Shown in pieces: positions 1-9,835 of a DNA stretch of 64,000 nucleotides. The notes under the pieces were generated by a model, which saw nothing but the letters and a program-made list of their open reading frames with translations, was not told where the DNA came from and did not search any database. Both the position numbers and the translations under genes were made by a program. The stretch lies in IMG/VR virus record IMGVR_UViG_3300007623_000006, positions 32,001 through 96,000 of that record; one strand, given 5' to 3'. Every line of letters begins with the position of its first letter. Within the stretch, counting starts at the first letter, position 1. The DNA is from a virus.

Positions 1-27
1 ACTTAAGTCTACTTTGAATTTTTTCAT
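1..27 (-). CDS. 5' end of a hypothetical protein running off the window (MKKFKVDLS...)
   Basis: Minus-strand ATG at 27-25 with an AAGGA SD just upstream, directly after the stop of the 39..347 gene; only 9 codons are visible. Confidence 0.5.
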
Positions 28-38
28 TTTAATTCCTT

Positions 39-347
39 TTATATTTCTTGATTTGTAGTTTCTATGATAACATCATTTGTTTCATTTTCGTTTGTATTTA
101 TACTTTCTGAAAAATCATCTATAGATGTTTTTTTTGTTTCAGTTGATTTAGGTTCAACCACCTTTTCTTCCACCTTTTCAATTACAGGTGGTTTATAATA
201 TGCTTTAGGGACAAAATATCTAGGGTAAAATTTATATATAGGAGAATCACCCTCATATACATCACCCTCTTTTAAAAGAAACATACTTCCTCTAAAATTA
301 ATTGAAATTGAATTTTGCCCATTTAATGATACTACATACATTCTCAT
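39..347 (-). CDS. Hypothetical late protein with an acidic low-complexity C-terminus
   Basis: ORF track 39..350; ATG at 347 with an AAGGA SD; minus-strand TATAAATA at 373-380. Confidence 0.7.
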   Translation of the reverse strand: MRMYVVSLNGQNSISINFRGSMFLLKEGDVYEGDSPIYKFYPRYFVPKAYYKPPVIEKVEEKVVEPKSTETKKTSIDDFSESINTNENETNDVIIETTNQEI

Positions 348-371
348 CAATTTCCTTTCTTATGATTTTAA

Positions 372-385
372 GTATTTATAAATAC
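372..385. promoter_or_regulatory. Bidirectional T4-type late promoter (palindrome GTATTTATAAATAC)
   Basis: TATAAATA on + (377-384) and on - (373-380), between two divergent genes. Confidence 0.75.
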
Positions 386-418
386 AATAAAAATAAACTT
401 ATTAATAGGAGAAAAACT

Positions 419-2398
419 ATGGCAATGTTAAGTCCAGGTGTAGAAGTAAAAGAAATTGACTTATCAATCAGAGTTCCAGAAGTATCAAAAGCAATCGCTT
501 GTTTTGGTGGTGTTTTCAACAAGGGACCTGTAGATGAGAAAATGTTAATGACAAATGTAGATGATTTTATCTCATTTTTTGGTGAGCCATCACATTCAAA
601 TTATAATGATTGGTTCCAAGTATACAACTTTTTACAGTATGCTAATAAAATATATGTAACAAGAGCGTTTAATGATGAGTGTGCAAATTCACACGGTTTC
701 GTAACAGTAAGAAGTGAGGAGTTACCAACAATTACATTAGGTACAAATGATAAAGTTTTTATTAAAAATCCAGATGATTTTGAACAAATGTATTTAAGTA
801 AGCCACCAGCTGATGTATTAAGTAGAAGACCGGCATTCAAAGACAAATCAAAATTATTATTTGTTGCTCAAACTTTTGGTGCGTGGGGAGATAATGTTTC
901 AGTAGGTATTGCTACTAAAACTGATTTTGTAAGAGGTGCTAAAGTTGGTGGATACACATTCTCTAACTTATTTGAATACCACCCTGGTACAGAGGTAGTA
1001 TACACAAATATTGAACCAGAATCAACTGTTGCTGAATTTACTGTAGAAATTACAGGTAACATTCCTGAGCAAGTAGGTGACCAAATTGATATGGAAATCA
1101 CAGATGCTGAAGGTGTTAAATCTTATATTACAGGTACAATTACTACTAAAGATGTAGCAATTAATGACCCAATTTTAGGAAACTCGGCACAAATGGTAAT
1201 TGATGTATCTACATCTAACTTAGAAGCAGTACCTGCAAGAATTACATTAATTCCTGAATCAATGGAAATTGGTGTTGTAATTTTAGAAAACGGTAAACCA
1301 GTAGAAACATATATTGTATCTATGGATGAAAACGCTAAAGATTATACAAACAAATCAACATATATTGAAGAAGTTATTAACAGAAAATCTCAATATGTAT
1401 ATGTAAAAGTTAACCAAAGTGCAACAGAGTACTTACCAAGTGGGTGTAATGACACTGATGGTTTATTAAAATTAAGAAACTATTTCCAACCAGCTACTGA
1501 TGATTTAGGTGCTGTTGTTGCTGATTGTTATGCAACATCTGCTGATAATGGTATTTTCTCTAATAAAGAAGAATTTGATGTAGACTTAGTTATTGCTAAT
1601 GAAAGAGCACAAGTTGCTGCTATAAGTTTAGCAAGAGACAGAGGTGACTGTATTGCATTCTTAGGTGCAAAAGAAGAAGATGTTGTATGTGCTAAATCTG
1701 CTATTGCAGTTAATAATTTAGTTGAATATGTAACAATGGGTGAATTAAATGTTGAATCATCATACGCGGCATTCTTTGGTAACTACAAATACCAATATGA
1801 CAAATGGAATGACACTTATAGATGGGTAAACTTAGCAGGTGATGTTGCTGGATTAAGAGCAGACACTAACACTAGAAGAGATGTATGGTGGGCGTCAGCA
1901 GGTATTGATAGAGGACAAATTAGAAACGCTATTAAATTAGCATTCAATCCTAACCAAGGTGAAAGAGATATCCTTTACAAAACTAAAATCAATCCAATCG
2001 TTTCATTCCCTGGTCAAGGAAATGCAATTGTATGGGGTCAAAAAACATTACAATCTAAACCATCAGCATTTGATAGAATTAATGTAAGAGGTTTATTTAA
2101 TACATTAGAAAGAGCAATTTCAAGAATGGCTAAGTACTATGTATTTGAGATTAATGATGAGTTCACAAGAAATAGATTTAAAGCAACTATTGAACCATTC
2201 TTAAGAAATGTTAAAGCAAATAGAGGTATTTATGACTTCTATGTTAGATGTGATGAAACTAACAATACACCATATGTTATTGATGCTAACCAATTCATTG
2301 CAGATATCGCAATTAAACCTGCTAGAACAGCAGAGTTCTTAACACTTAACTTTATCGCAGTTTCGACTGGTGTTGAGTTTAGTGAAATTTTCGCTTAA
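419..2398 (+). CDS. gp18: Tail sheath protein (T4 gp18-like)
   Basis: MLSPGVEVKEID N-terminus, WWASAGIDRG, LYKTKINPI, WGQKTLQSKPSAFDRINVRGLF, FIADIAIKP; true start at ATG 419 after AGGAG rather than the ORF-track start at 302. Confidence 0.95.
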   Translation: MAMLSPGVEVKEIDLSIRVPEVSKAIACFGGVFNKGPVDEKMLMTNVDDFISFFGEPSHSNYNDWFQVYNFLQYANKIYVTRAFNDECANSHGFVTVRSEELPTITLGTNDKVFIKNPDDFEQMYLSKPPADVLSRRPAFKDKSKLLFVAQTFGAWGDNVSVGIATKTDFVRGAKVGGYTFSNLFEYHPGTEVVYTNIEPESTVAEFTVEITGNIPEQVGDQIDMEITDAEGVKSYITGTITTKDVAINDPILGNSAQMVIDVSTSNLEAVPARITLIPESMEIGVVILENGKPVETYIVSMDENAKDYTNKSTYIEEVINRKSQYVYVKVNQSATEYLPSGCNDTDGLLKLRNYFQPATDDLGAVVADCYATSADNGIFSNKEEFDVDLVIANERAQVAAISLARDRGDCIAFLGAKEEDVVCAKSAIAVNNLVEYVTMGELNVESSYAAFFGNYKYQYDKWNDTYRWVNLAGDVAGLRADTNTRRDVWWASAGIDRGQIRNAIKLAFNPNQGERDILYKTKINPIVSFPGQGNAIVWGQKTLQSKPSAFDRINVRGLFNTLERAISRMAKYYVFEINDEFTRNRFKATIEPFLRNVKANRGIYDFYVRCDETNNTPYVIDANQFIADIAIKPARTAEFLTLNFIAVSTGVEFSEIFA

Positions 2399-2414
2399 TC
2401 TTAAGTGAAACTTA

Positions 2415-2435
2415 AACAAGGGTAACTCCCTTGTT
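2415..2435 (+). terminator. Hairpin after gp18, probable terminator or processing site
   Basis: AACAAGGG-TAACT-CCCTTGTT. Confidence 0.55.
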
Positions 2436-2454
2436 AACCTACCTACAACCTACA

Positions 2455-2462
2455 TATAAATA
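2455..2462 (+). promoter_or_regulatory. Late promoter TATAAATA (gp20)
   Basis: Exact gp55 consensus about 25 nt before the ATG. Confidence 0.75.
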
Positions 2463-2487
2463 CAATTAAAATAGAAAGGTAACTTAT

Positions 2488-4053
2488 ATGGCTGAAAATT
2501 TATTCGAGGCCTTGAAAACTAGATTATTCAAGGATAAAGAACCTCAAACATATACTGATTATGAAGATGATAAAGTAACCATCGACAAATCAATCAAAGT
2601 TGACCACGAAACTATAAATCCACCTGTTGGTTTTTTTGATGACCAAGATGAAAAAAACAGTGGATGGTTTTCAAACAGTGCAAAAAGTGGAGCACTAGTA
2701 CAACAAGCAGATTTAATTGCTGAGTACAGAAGAGTAGCACAATCACCAGAAGGTAGGCTAGCAATTGATGAAATTGTTAACGAAGCAATTTTTGTACCTG
2801 GAAGTGATGATACTTTAAAAATAGATGTAGATTCAGGTAAACTGACTGAAAAAACTTGTGAAGTAATTATTGAAACATTTAATGAATTATCTGACATTAT
2901 GGATATTGAAATGAACATAGGTTACTTATTTGAAAAATGGTACACTGATGGTCAGTTAGTATTACAAGTTATATATGATAACAATGATTTAAGTAAAGGT
3001 ATCACTGGGTTTAATGTCCTAGACCCTGCTTTTTTAACATACAATAAAAAAGACAACGAATGGACATATGCTAAACAAGTGACTAATTCTTATACACAAA
3101 GAAAAGAAATCAAGTACGATGGTCAAAGAAAATATTCATCTGAGGAAATTATTTTTATTTCATCAGAATTATTTGAAAAAGCATTATCTGATATTAACGG
3201 TGATGGTATAAAAATTATAAAATCACACTTACATAATGCTATAAAAGTTTTTAACCAGTTAACATCACTTGAAGATATGTTAATACCTATGAGATTCTCT
3301 AGGTCTGTATCGAGAAGAGTATTTAATGTGGATGTAGGTGATTTACCAGCAAGTAAAGCAGAAGCTGCACTTAATAGAATTAAAGATAAATTTAAGTACA
3401 AAAAGTTTTATGATGTTGATAAAGGAACAATTTCTAATCAAATGCATATTGCTTCATTAGTTGAAGATTATTGGTTTCAAAATAGAGATGGTTCAAAAGG
3501 TACACAAGTTGATACATTAGATGAATCTGGTAACTTAGGTGAGTTAGGTGATATTACATACTTTAGAAAAAAATTATTTGGTGCGTTAAAAATACCAATG
3601 AGTAGAGTATTAGACGAAGTTGAAGGTCAACAATCAGAGTTTGATTATGGTGCTTCAGCAGTAAGTAGAGAAGAAATTAAATTTTTTGCATTTATTCAAA
3701 AATTAAGAAGACAATTTTTAAGAATATTTAGAGAAGCAATGAAAAGACATATGCTTTACAAAGGTATTATTGCCGATGAAAATGAGTGGAATAATATTAG
3801 AAAACATATTAAAATATCATTTACAAAAGAAAATATTTTCTTAGAAACTATGGATGTTGAGTTACTTACTCAAAAAATAGGGTTATATGGTGATATTGAA
3901 GAGATGATTGGAAAAGAGTTTTCTAAAGAATGGGTAAGAAAAAAAGTTCTTAAATTATCTGATGAAGAAATAAAAGAAATGAAAGACCAAATTGCTAAAG
4001 AAAAAGCAGAGGGTGAGTATGAAACTAGTGAAGATTCAAATTCACGGTGGTAA
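2488..4053 (+). CDS. gp20: Portal vertex protein (gp20)
   Basis: AIDEIVNEAI, RRVFNVDVGDLP, EDYWF, GTQVDTL, DITYFRKKLFGALKIPMSR, REEIKF. Confidence 0.95.
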   Translation: MAENLFEALKTRLFKDKEPQTYTDYEDDKVTIDKSIKVDHETINPPVGFFDDQDEKNSGWFSNSAKSGALVQQADLIAEYRRVAQSPEGRLAIDEIVNEAIFVPGSDDTLKIDVDSGKLTEKTCEVIIETFNELSDIMDIEMNIGYLFEKWYTDGQLVLQVIYDNNDLSKGITGFNVLDPAFLTYNKKDNEWTYAKQVTNSYTQRKEIKYDGQRKYSSEEIIFISSELFEKALSDINGDGIKIIKSHLHNAIKVFNQLTSLEDMLIPMRFSRSVSRRVFNVDVGDLPASKAEAALNRIKDKFKYKKFYDVDKGTISNQMHIASLVEDYWFQNRDGSKGTQVDTLDESGNLGELGDITYFRKKLFGALKIPMSRVLDEVEGQQSEFDYGASAVSREEIKFFAFIQKLRRQFLRIFREAMKRHMLYKGIIADENEWNNIRKHIKISFTKENIFLETMDVELLTQKIGLYGDIEEMIGKEFSKEWVRKKVLKLSDEEIKEMKDQIAKEKAEGEYETSEDSNSRW

Positions 4054-4091
4054 TAAATACATATGATAAAACAAATTATGAAAGGCAAAAA

Positions 4092-4367
4092 ATGGATAAA
4101 ACAGTATTAGATTTAGCAAAAAATAAAAAAATTGCTGATTTTGCTGATGTTGTAAAGGCTGAACTAAAGAAAAAAGTTTTAGATAATGAGTACATTAAAT
4201 CTAAGGCCGGTGAAGTTGAACAATATCAAAAAATCTCAAACGCTATGGCAGAGTTAAATAAATCTACTGAACCTGAAAAGGATGTTGATACATCTAAATC
4301 AGAAGAAACTGACACAAAGGAAGTTCAATCAGCAGACAATAACACTGATACTGATGAGGAGAAATAA
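4092..4367 (+). CDS. Small prohead core protein (gp67/gp68-like by position)
   Basis: Charged small ORF between the portal and the protease; ATG 4092 after AAGG. Confidence 0.55.
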   Translation: MDKTVLDLAKNKKIADFADVVKAELKKKVLDNEYIKSKAGEVEQYQKISNAMAELNKSTEPEKDVDTSKSEETDTKEVQSADNNTDTDEEK

Positions 4368-5122
4368 TGATGAAGTTAATATTAGAAGACGAAAACTTAG
4401 ACTTAAGTAGTCAGGTAGTTGAGTCTGTTAATGAAGCAACTGGTGCTAAGAAAAAAGAATATTTTTTAAGTGGTGTGTTCTCAACAGCAGGTGTTAAAAA
4501 TGGTAACGGTAGAGTTTACCCTAGAGACATTTGGGAAAGAGAAGTTGCAGCATACCAATTAAAAATAAACGAAAATCATATGCATACTTTAGGTGAATGG
4601 GAACACCCTGCGAGAGCAGATGTAGACCCAATGAAGGCAGTAATCAAAATTACTGAATTAAAACTTGAAGGTGATTATGTATACGGAAAAGCAAAAGTTT
4701 TAGACAATCCAGAAGGAAATAGACTAAAGACACTTATTGATGAGGGTATCAAAATTGATATTTCTAGTAGAGGTGTAGGTAGTGTAGGAAAAAATGGTAT
4801 TGTTGAAGAATTTAAACTTATTACATATGATTTAGTTTCTAAAGCAAGTAATCCTGGTAGTCATTTAACTGGTATAGTTGAAGGACAATCATACATGGTT
4901 AATGAAAGTGGTGACATTGTTGAATACAAAGAAGACACTAAAGTGACACAAGATATGATTATTGAAACTGAAACTAATATTAAATCTGATGAAGATGATA
5001 ATAAAGATACAGTAAAAAGTACTAGTAGTATACAAAATGACACATTAAATGAAACTGAAAAAATGAACATTAAAGATGTTCAAAAAACATTAGTAGAAGA
5101 GTTTAAAAAACTTTTTAAATAA
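4367..5122 (+). CDS. gp21: Prohead maturation protease (gp21)
   Basis: KNGNGRVYP, LGEWEHP, ISSRGVGS, YDLVSKAS. Confidence 0.93.
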   Translation: MMKLILEDENLDLSSQVVESVNEATGAKKKEYFLSGVFSTAGVKNGNGRVYPRDIWEREVAAYQLKINENHMHTLGEWEHPARADVDPMKAVIKITELKLEGDYVYGKAKVLDNPEGNRLKTLIDEGIKIDISSRGVGSVGKNGIVEEFKLITYDLVSKASNPGSHLTGIVEGQSYMVNESGDIVEYKEDTKVTQDMIIETETNIKSDEDDNKDTVKSTSSIQNDTLNETEKMNIKDVQKTLVEEFKKLFK

Positions 5123-5128
5123 AACGAT

Positions 5129-5136
5129 TATAAATA
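5129..5136 (+). promoter_or_regulatory. Late promoter TATAAATA (gp22)
   Basis: Exact consensus, intergenic. Confidence 0.75.
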
Positions 5137-5163
5137 CAATAAATTATATAGGAGACATATACA

Positions 5164-5982
5164 ATGGAAGAAATTTTAAAGAAAATTAATTCTGATATTT
5201 TAACTGAATCAGTTATATCTGAATTAAAAGAAGCTTTTGACGCTGCTGTTGCTGCTGAAAAAGAGTCACTTTTAGAAACTTACGATGCTAAGTTAGAAGA
5301 ATTTAAAAAATCTGAAATGATTGCTGAAAGTGAAAAAATCCTAGATAAATATGATGCTAAATTTGAAGAATTCAAATCACAGTTATCAGAATCTAAGGAA
5401 AAAGAACTTGAGGAATACAAATCTGAGTTAGTTGAAGCATTAGATAGTTATCTAGAAGTGGTTGTAGACGAATTTTTAAAAGAAAATAAAGTTGCAATCG
5501 AAAACGAAGTAAAATCAATGAAATCTGATGCTATTTTAGAGGCATTTGATACAATTTTAGTTACAGCTGGTGTAGAAGTTGCTAGAATCGTTGAGTCAAA
5601 AGAAGAGAAACAAGTTGAAATTTCTGAATCTGAAGCAGAAAAAGTTGCTAAGATGGAAGAAAGATACAACAAACTTTTAGATGAGTCTAAAGAGTTGAAG
5701 GCTAAAAATCAAGAGTTATTTGAAATGGGTTTAAAGGCTGAGTTATGTGAAGGACTTTCTGTAGTACAGAAAGACAAATTCAATAAATTAGCAGAACTAG
5801 TTGAAAGCACTGATGATAGAAAAGCATTATTAACAAAATTAGAAGCTATCAAAGAGTCAGTTTTAGGTGATAAAGTTGTTGCAGAATCTAAAGTTGAAGA
5901 GAAATCTGAAACTAAAGACAAGGTAATTACAGAATCTGTGGTTGAGCAAAGTGTAAAAGCCGACAGCTCAAGATTTTTTTAA
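5164..5982 (+). CDS. gp22: Prohead core scaffold (gp22)
   Basis: E/K-rich coiled coil, LDSYLEVVVDEFLKENKVAI, many [ILV]xES motifs, located between gp21 and gp23. Confidence 0.88.
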   Translation: MEEILKKINSDILTESVISELKEAFDAAVAAEKESLLETYDAKLEEFKKSEMIAESEKILDKYDAKFEEFKSQLSESKEKELEEYKSELVEALDSYLEVVVDEFLKENKVAIENEVKSMKSDAILEAFDTILVTAGVEVARIVESKEEKQVEISESEAEKVAKMEERYNKLLDESKELKAKNQELFEMGLKAELCEGLSVVQKDKFNKLAELVESTDDRKALLTKLEAIKESVLGDKVVAESKVEEKSETKDKVITESVVEQSVKADSSRFF

Positions 5983-5984
5983 TA

Positions 5985-5992
5985 TATAAATA
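5985..5992 (+). promoter_or_regulatory. Late promoter TATAAATA (gp23)
   Basis: Exact consensus, intergenic. Confidence 0.75.
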
Positions 5993-6024
5993 AACTAAAT
6001 AATATAAAACAGGAGAAAATAAAA

Positions 6025-7377
6025 ATGTTATTAACTGAAAAGTTCGAAAAAGAATTATTAAGTGAAAAATACGCTCCTATATCAAGAAATGATATGAGCA
6101 CAATGGCACTTATTTTAGAAAACCAAGAAAAGGCAATTGAAACTATGGTATCAGAAGGTACAGTAGCTTCAGATATTCAAGGATTTACAAATATCCTTTT
6201 ACCATTAACAAGAAGAGTATACGCAAAATTAATTGCTAATGAGTTATTAGGTGTACAACCAATGACTGGTCCTACTGGATTCATCTATGCTATGAAATAT
6301 AGATATACTGGTACTTCACACTTAGTTGATGGTGAAGTTAATATTGCACCTGCTAACAGAGGTCAAATTTTAGTTGTTGATAATGTTGCTGGATTAGTTA
6401 AAGGTACTAACTTAACTGGTTCTGGAGACAATGGTGCTTATGATGTTACTATTGCATATGTTGAAGGTAACAAAGTTTTAGTTAAACATAACGATGGTGC
6501 GTCTCAATCTGCTACAGTTATTCCAGGTGATACTTTCACTGTTGGTGAAGCAACTGTTACTGTTTCTTCTGCATTCTCTAACGAAGCAGGATTCAAACAA
6601 ATCTTAAAGAACTACACTGGACCTGTATCAACTGCAGCTGGTGAAAGATTAGCTGGTGATATGGCTGAAGTTGGTTTCACAATCGAAAGAAAATCTATCG
6701 AAGCGAAAACTAGAAAATTAAAAGGTGAGTACACTTTAGAAATGTACCAAGACTTAAAAGCTCAACACGGTATGAATGCTGATGATGAAATTATGTCTTT
6801 AATGTCTCAAGAAATGATGATGGAAATGCATAGAGAGATTGTTGATTTTGTTAACGGTCAAGCTACACAAACTCCAGACTTAAACATCAAAGATGCTGAT
6901 GGTAGATGGGAAATTGAAAAATACAGAATGTTAGCAATCAGAATTGCTAATGAAGCTAGAGAAATCGGAAGATTAACTAGAAAAGGTGCTGGTAATATCT
7001 TATTAGTATCACCAAAAGTTGCTGTTGCTTTAGAAACTTTAGGTTCATTCACAAGTGCACCAGTTGCATCTGATGTTGATGGTGTATCTGCAGGTGTTGT
7101 AGTTGCTGGAACATTTGATTCAAGATTCAAAGTAGTTGTAGACCAATTTGCTGATTCTGAGTACTGTACAGTACTTTACAAAGGTCAAGACAGAAGAGAT
7201 GCTATGGGATTCTTTGCTCCATATGTACCTGCTGCATTCCAAAAAGTTTCACATGAAATGAGTGGTCAACCAGCGATTATCTTAACTCAAAGATATGGTT
7301 TAGATACTAATCCATTAAATCCTGAGCACTACGCAAGAAGTTTCGCAGTTAACTTTAACAACACAATCTTAGGATAA
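6025..7377 (+). CDS. gp23: Major capsid protein (gp23)
   Basis: GVQPMTGPTGFIYAM, IEAKTRKLKGEYTLEMYQDLKAQHG, FFAPYVP, QP...RYGL..NP. Confidence 0.96.
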   Translation: MLLTEKFEKELLSEKYAPISRNDMSTMALILENQEKAIETMVSEGTVASDIQGFTNILLPLTRRVYAKLIANELLGVQPMTGPTGFIYAMKYRYTGTSHLVDGEVNIAPANRGQILVVDNVAGLVKGTNLTGSGDNGAYDVTIAYVEGNKVLVKHNDGASQSATVIPGDTFTVGEATVTVSSAFSNEAGFKQILKNYTGPVSTAAGERLAGDMAEVGFTIERKSIEAKTRKLKGEYTLEMYQDLKAQHGMNADDEIMSLMSQEMMMEMHREIVDFVNGQATQTPDLNIKDADGRWEIEKYRMLAIRIANEAREIGRLTRKGAGNILLVSPKVAVALETLGSFTSAPVASDVDGVSAGVVVAGTFDSRFKVVVDQFADSEYCTVLYKGQDRRDAMGFFAPYVPAAFQKVSHEMSGQPAIILTQRYGLDTNPLNPEHYARSFAVNFNNTILG

Positions 7378-7411
7378 TCTCCTAAGACTGTTTAGTTTAA
7401 AAACTGTCCTC

Positions 7412-7445
7412 AAAAAGTAAGTCATTTTAGACTTACTTTTTTTTT
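7412..7445 (+). terminator. Rho-independent terminator after gp23
   Basis: AAAAAGTAAGTC-ATTTTA-GACTTACTTTTT followed by a T tract. Confidence 0.85.
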
Positions 7446-7472
7446 GCTCAAATTTTTCCAATTCAACTCTTT

Positions 7473-7502
7473 CTAAGCTATTTTGTAGTATACTTATAAA
7501 TA
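7473..7502 (+). promoter_or_regulatory. Tandem sigma70-like motif (CTAAGC-N10-TATACT) and late promoter TATAAATA (7495-7502)
   Basis: Both motifs lie directly upstream of the 7522 gene. Confidence 0.55.
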
Positions 7503-7521
7503 AATTAAAAGGAAACTTACT

Positions 7522-7755
7522 ATGAAATTCACTGAAATTGTAAATGAATCATACTCAAAATCACAAGGATATAATAAAGCAGACGCTGCTATTAACACAT
7601 TAGTTAATTTATTAGACCCTAACAGTACATTATGTAAAAATATATCAAAAGAAATGGGTGAAGGATACAAAAAAGACTTTAAAGAAATGTATGAAAAAAT
7701 TGAAGACATTTACACTATATGGTCTGAAATTGATATGGATATTTCACATCAATAA
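7522..7755 (+). CDS. Small protein, possible internal head protein
   Basis: AAGGA SD; N-terminus MKFTEIVNES resembles a T4 capsid-targeting sequence. Confidence 0.6.
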   Translation: MKFTEIVNESYSKSQGYNKADAAINTLVNLLDPNSTLCKNISKEMGEGYKKDFKEMYEKIEDIYTIWSEIDMDISHQ

Positions 7756-7758
7756 AAA

Positions 7759-7780
7759 TTAAGTAAAAAAATATTATAAT
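7759..7780 (+). promoter_or_regulatory. Host-sigma70-like early promoter TTAAGT-N10-TATAAT
   Basis: The same motif and spacing recur at 9783, 14426, 22585 and 44982. Confidence 0.65.
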
Positions 7781-7807
7781 TATCCTAAATAAAAATTAGG
7801 AGTTATA

Positions 7808-8005
7808 ATGCTTACAAATGATGAAAGAACACAAATTGAAGAATTTGTGAAATTACTAAACAACTCACCTTGGAATGTAGACAATAAAATTGATGTATAT
7901 AAAGTTACAGAGATTGCTATTATCGAAGGTGTTGATGTAGTACTTGACAGATATAGAGAAGAGGACTTACAAAAGGAACAAGAGTATATAGATGCTCAAT
8001 CATAA
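7808..8005 (+). CDS. Hypothetical protein
   Basis: AGGAG SD, 65 aa. Confidence 0.7.
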   Translation: MLTNDERTQIEEFVKLLNNSPWNVDNKIDVYKVTEIAIIEGVDVVLDRYREEDLQKEQEYIDAQS

Positions 8006-8014
8006 AGGAAAGAA

Positions 8015-9334
8015 GTGTTAACAGAACATCAACAAGATATTTTTAATAATATTATACAAGATATTGAAACCATTGTATCACAAGGTGGACAATGGGATAA
8101 TGTTGTATCTTTAATTGGTGCTGCTGGTGTAGGAAAGACATTTAGTACAGTACAAATTATAAAGAAACTAATAAAAAATAATAGAAAAGTTATGTTTACA
8201 ACTCCGACACATAAAGCATTAAAAGTTGCTAAAGATATGATGGAGAATGAAGGTATACAGATTGACTGTAGTACAATACATTCTTTTCTTAACTTAAAAC
8301 TTAAACCAAACTTTGATAATGGACTACAAGAGTTAATAGCAGAAGAATTTAATAAAAACAAAAAAAGATGTGATGTTCTTATTGTAGATGAAAGTTCTAT
8401 GGTAAGTGCTGAATTATTTGCACATATTGAACAGTCTATTAGATACAGAAGAGCAAAAGTGGTATTATTTGTAGGTGACTATTTCCAACTTCCTCCAGTT
8501 GATGGTGAGGTTAACCCAGTATTTGAAATGAAATCACAATATGAGTTAACTGAAATTGTAAGACAAGCAAAAGACAATCCTATTATAACACTTGCTACAG
8601 ATATAAGAAATAGAATTGAAACTCAAGATTTTATACCAATCAATGATATAGTTCAAAAACATAAATGTGATGTTATACAAGTTATACCAGATGGAAATAA
8701 TTTTATGAAAGATTATTTTTCTAATGAAGATGGTCCTTGGTATGAAAATGATACTATAATTGGTGCTTACACAAATGGTACAGTAGATGCTTATAATAGA
8801 GCAGTAAGAAAAAAGTACTGGAACGACCAAGGTGTAACTGAATTTGAGTATTTAAGAGAAGGTGACACTGTAATATTCCAAGAACCACATATAGAAGATG
8901 ATGTTGTTATACACGCAAACAATGATATAGTTAAGTTAGAAAGTGCCAAAAAGTTACTAGATGAAAATATATATTGTTGGTATTGGGAATGTGTAGACGA
9001 GGAAGGTGATAAATTTAAAGTTATTGACCCTATCAGTACACAAAAGTTTGAAAAGTATCTAAAATCTATTGCTGACAGTGCAAACAAAGCAAGTAAAGGT
9101 TATGATAAGAAAATATTATGGCAAAAGTATTATCAAGAAAAAAGTGAATATCAAACTATAAAATATGCATTTGCTAGTACAGTGCATAAGTTACAAGGAA
9201 GTACATTTGAGACTGCATATATAGATATGAGAGAAATGAAAAAATATTATGAGTTTCAGGAACCTGAATTTATATATAGACTTATGTATGTAGCAGTAAC
9301 AAGAGCAAGTAAAGATATAAAAATATTAATTTAA
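8015..9334 (+). CDS. dda: Dda-like SF1B DNA helicase
   Basis: GAAGVGKT, TPTHKA, IVDESSMV, GDYFQLPPV, LTEIVRQ, TVHKLQGSTF, YVAVTRA. Confidence 0.92.
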   Translation: MLTEHQQDIFNNIIQDIETIVSQGGQWDNVVSLIGAAGVGKTFSTVQIIKKLIKNNRKVMFTTPTHKALKVAKDMMENEGIQIDCSTIHSFLNLKLKPNFDNGLQELIAEEFNKNKKRCDVLIVDESSMVSAELFAHIEQSIRYRRAKVVLFVGDYFQLPPVDGEVNPVFEMKSQYELTEIVRQAKDNPIITLATDIRNRIETQDFIPINDIVQKHKCDVIQVIPDGNNFMKDYFSNEDGPWYENDTIIGAYTNGTVDAYNRAVRKKYWNDQGVTEFEYLREGDTVIFQEPHIEDDVVIHANNDIVKLESAKKLLDENIYCWYWECVDEEGDKFKVIDPISTQKFEKYLKSIADSANKASKGYDKKILWQKYYQEKSEYQTIKYAFASTVHKLQGSTFETAYIDMREMKKYYEFQEPEFIYRLMYVAVTRASKDIKILI

Positions 9335-9342
9335 GGTTATAA

Positions 9343-9786
9343 ATGGACAAGTGGGATGAAAGATATTTTAATATAGCAAAAGAAACTGCTAGATGGTCAA
9401 AGGACCCTAGTAGAAAGATAGGTGCTGTTATTATAGGTAGTATGGGGCAAATTAAATCTCAAGGATACAATGGTTTTCCTAGAGGTGTGGACGACTCAGA
9501 TGAAAGATATAACGATAGACCAACAAAATACAAATATGTAGTACATGCTGAAGCAAACGCAGTATATAATGCACTTCATAATGGGGCAAATGTTAATGGT
9601 GATACTCTTTATGTAACTGGGTTACCAGTATGTCATGAATGTGCTAAAGCGATTATACAAAGTGGAATTAAACACATAAAATATGATACTGCTATTTTAC
9701 CAGATGATAGTTGGAGTGATAGTTGTAATTTAGCATTAAGTATGTTTAATGAATCAGGTGTTAGTTATGAACTTGTCCATAATTAA
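9343..9786 (+). CDS. cd: dCMP deaminase
   Basis: SKDPSRKIGAVI, GYNGFPRG, HAEANA, PVCHECAKAIIQSGI. Confidence 0.92.
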   Translation: MDKWDERYFNIAKETARWSKDPSRKIGAVIIGSMGQIKSQGYNGFPRGVDDSDERYNDRPTKYKYVVHAEANAVYNALHNGANVNGDTLYVTGLPVCHECAKAIIQSGIKHIKYDTAILPDDSWSDSCNLALSMFNESGVSYELVHN

Positions 9787-9804
9787 TCTTTTTGGTAGTA
9801 TAAT
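9783..9804 (+). promoter_or_regulatory. Sigma70-like promoter TTAATC-N10-TATAAT
   Basis: Upstream of the polymerase operon, with the conserved spacing. Confidence 0.55.
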
Positions 9805-9835
9805 ATGAATATAAAAAATAAAAAGAGAAATTAAT

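Noticed and set aside
302-418. N-terminal extension of gp18 in the ORF track
   Set aside because: It overlaps the divergent gene and the promoter; the SD and homology support ATG 419
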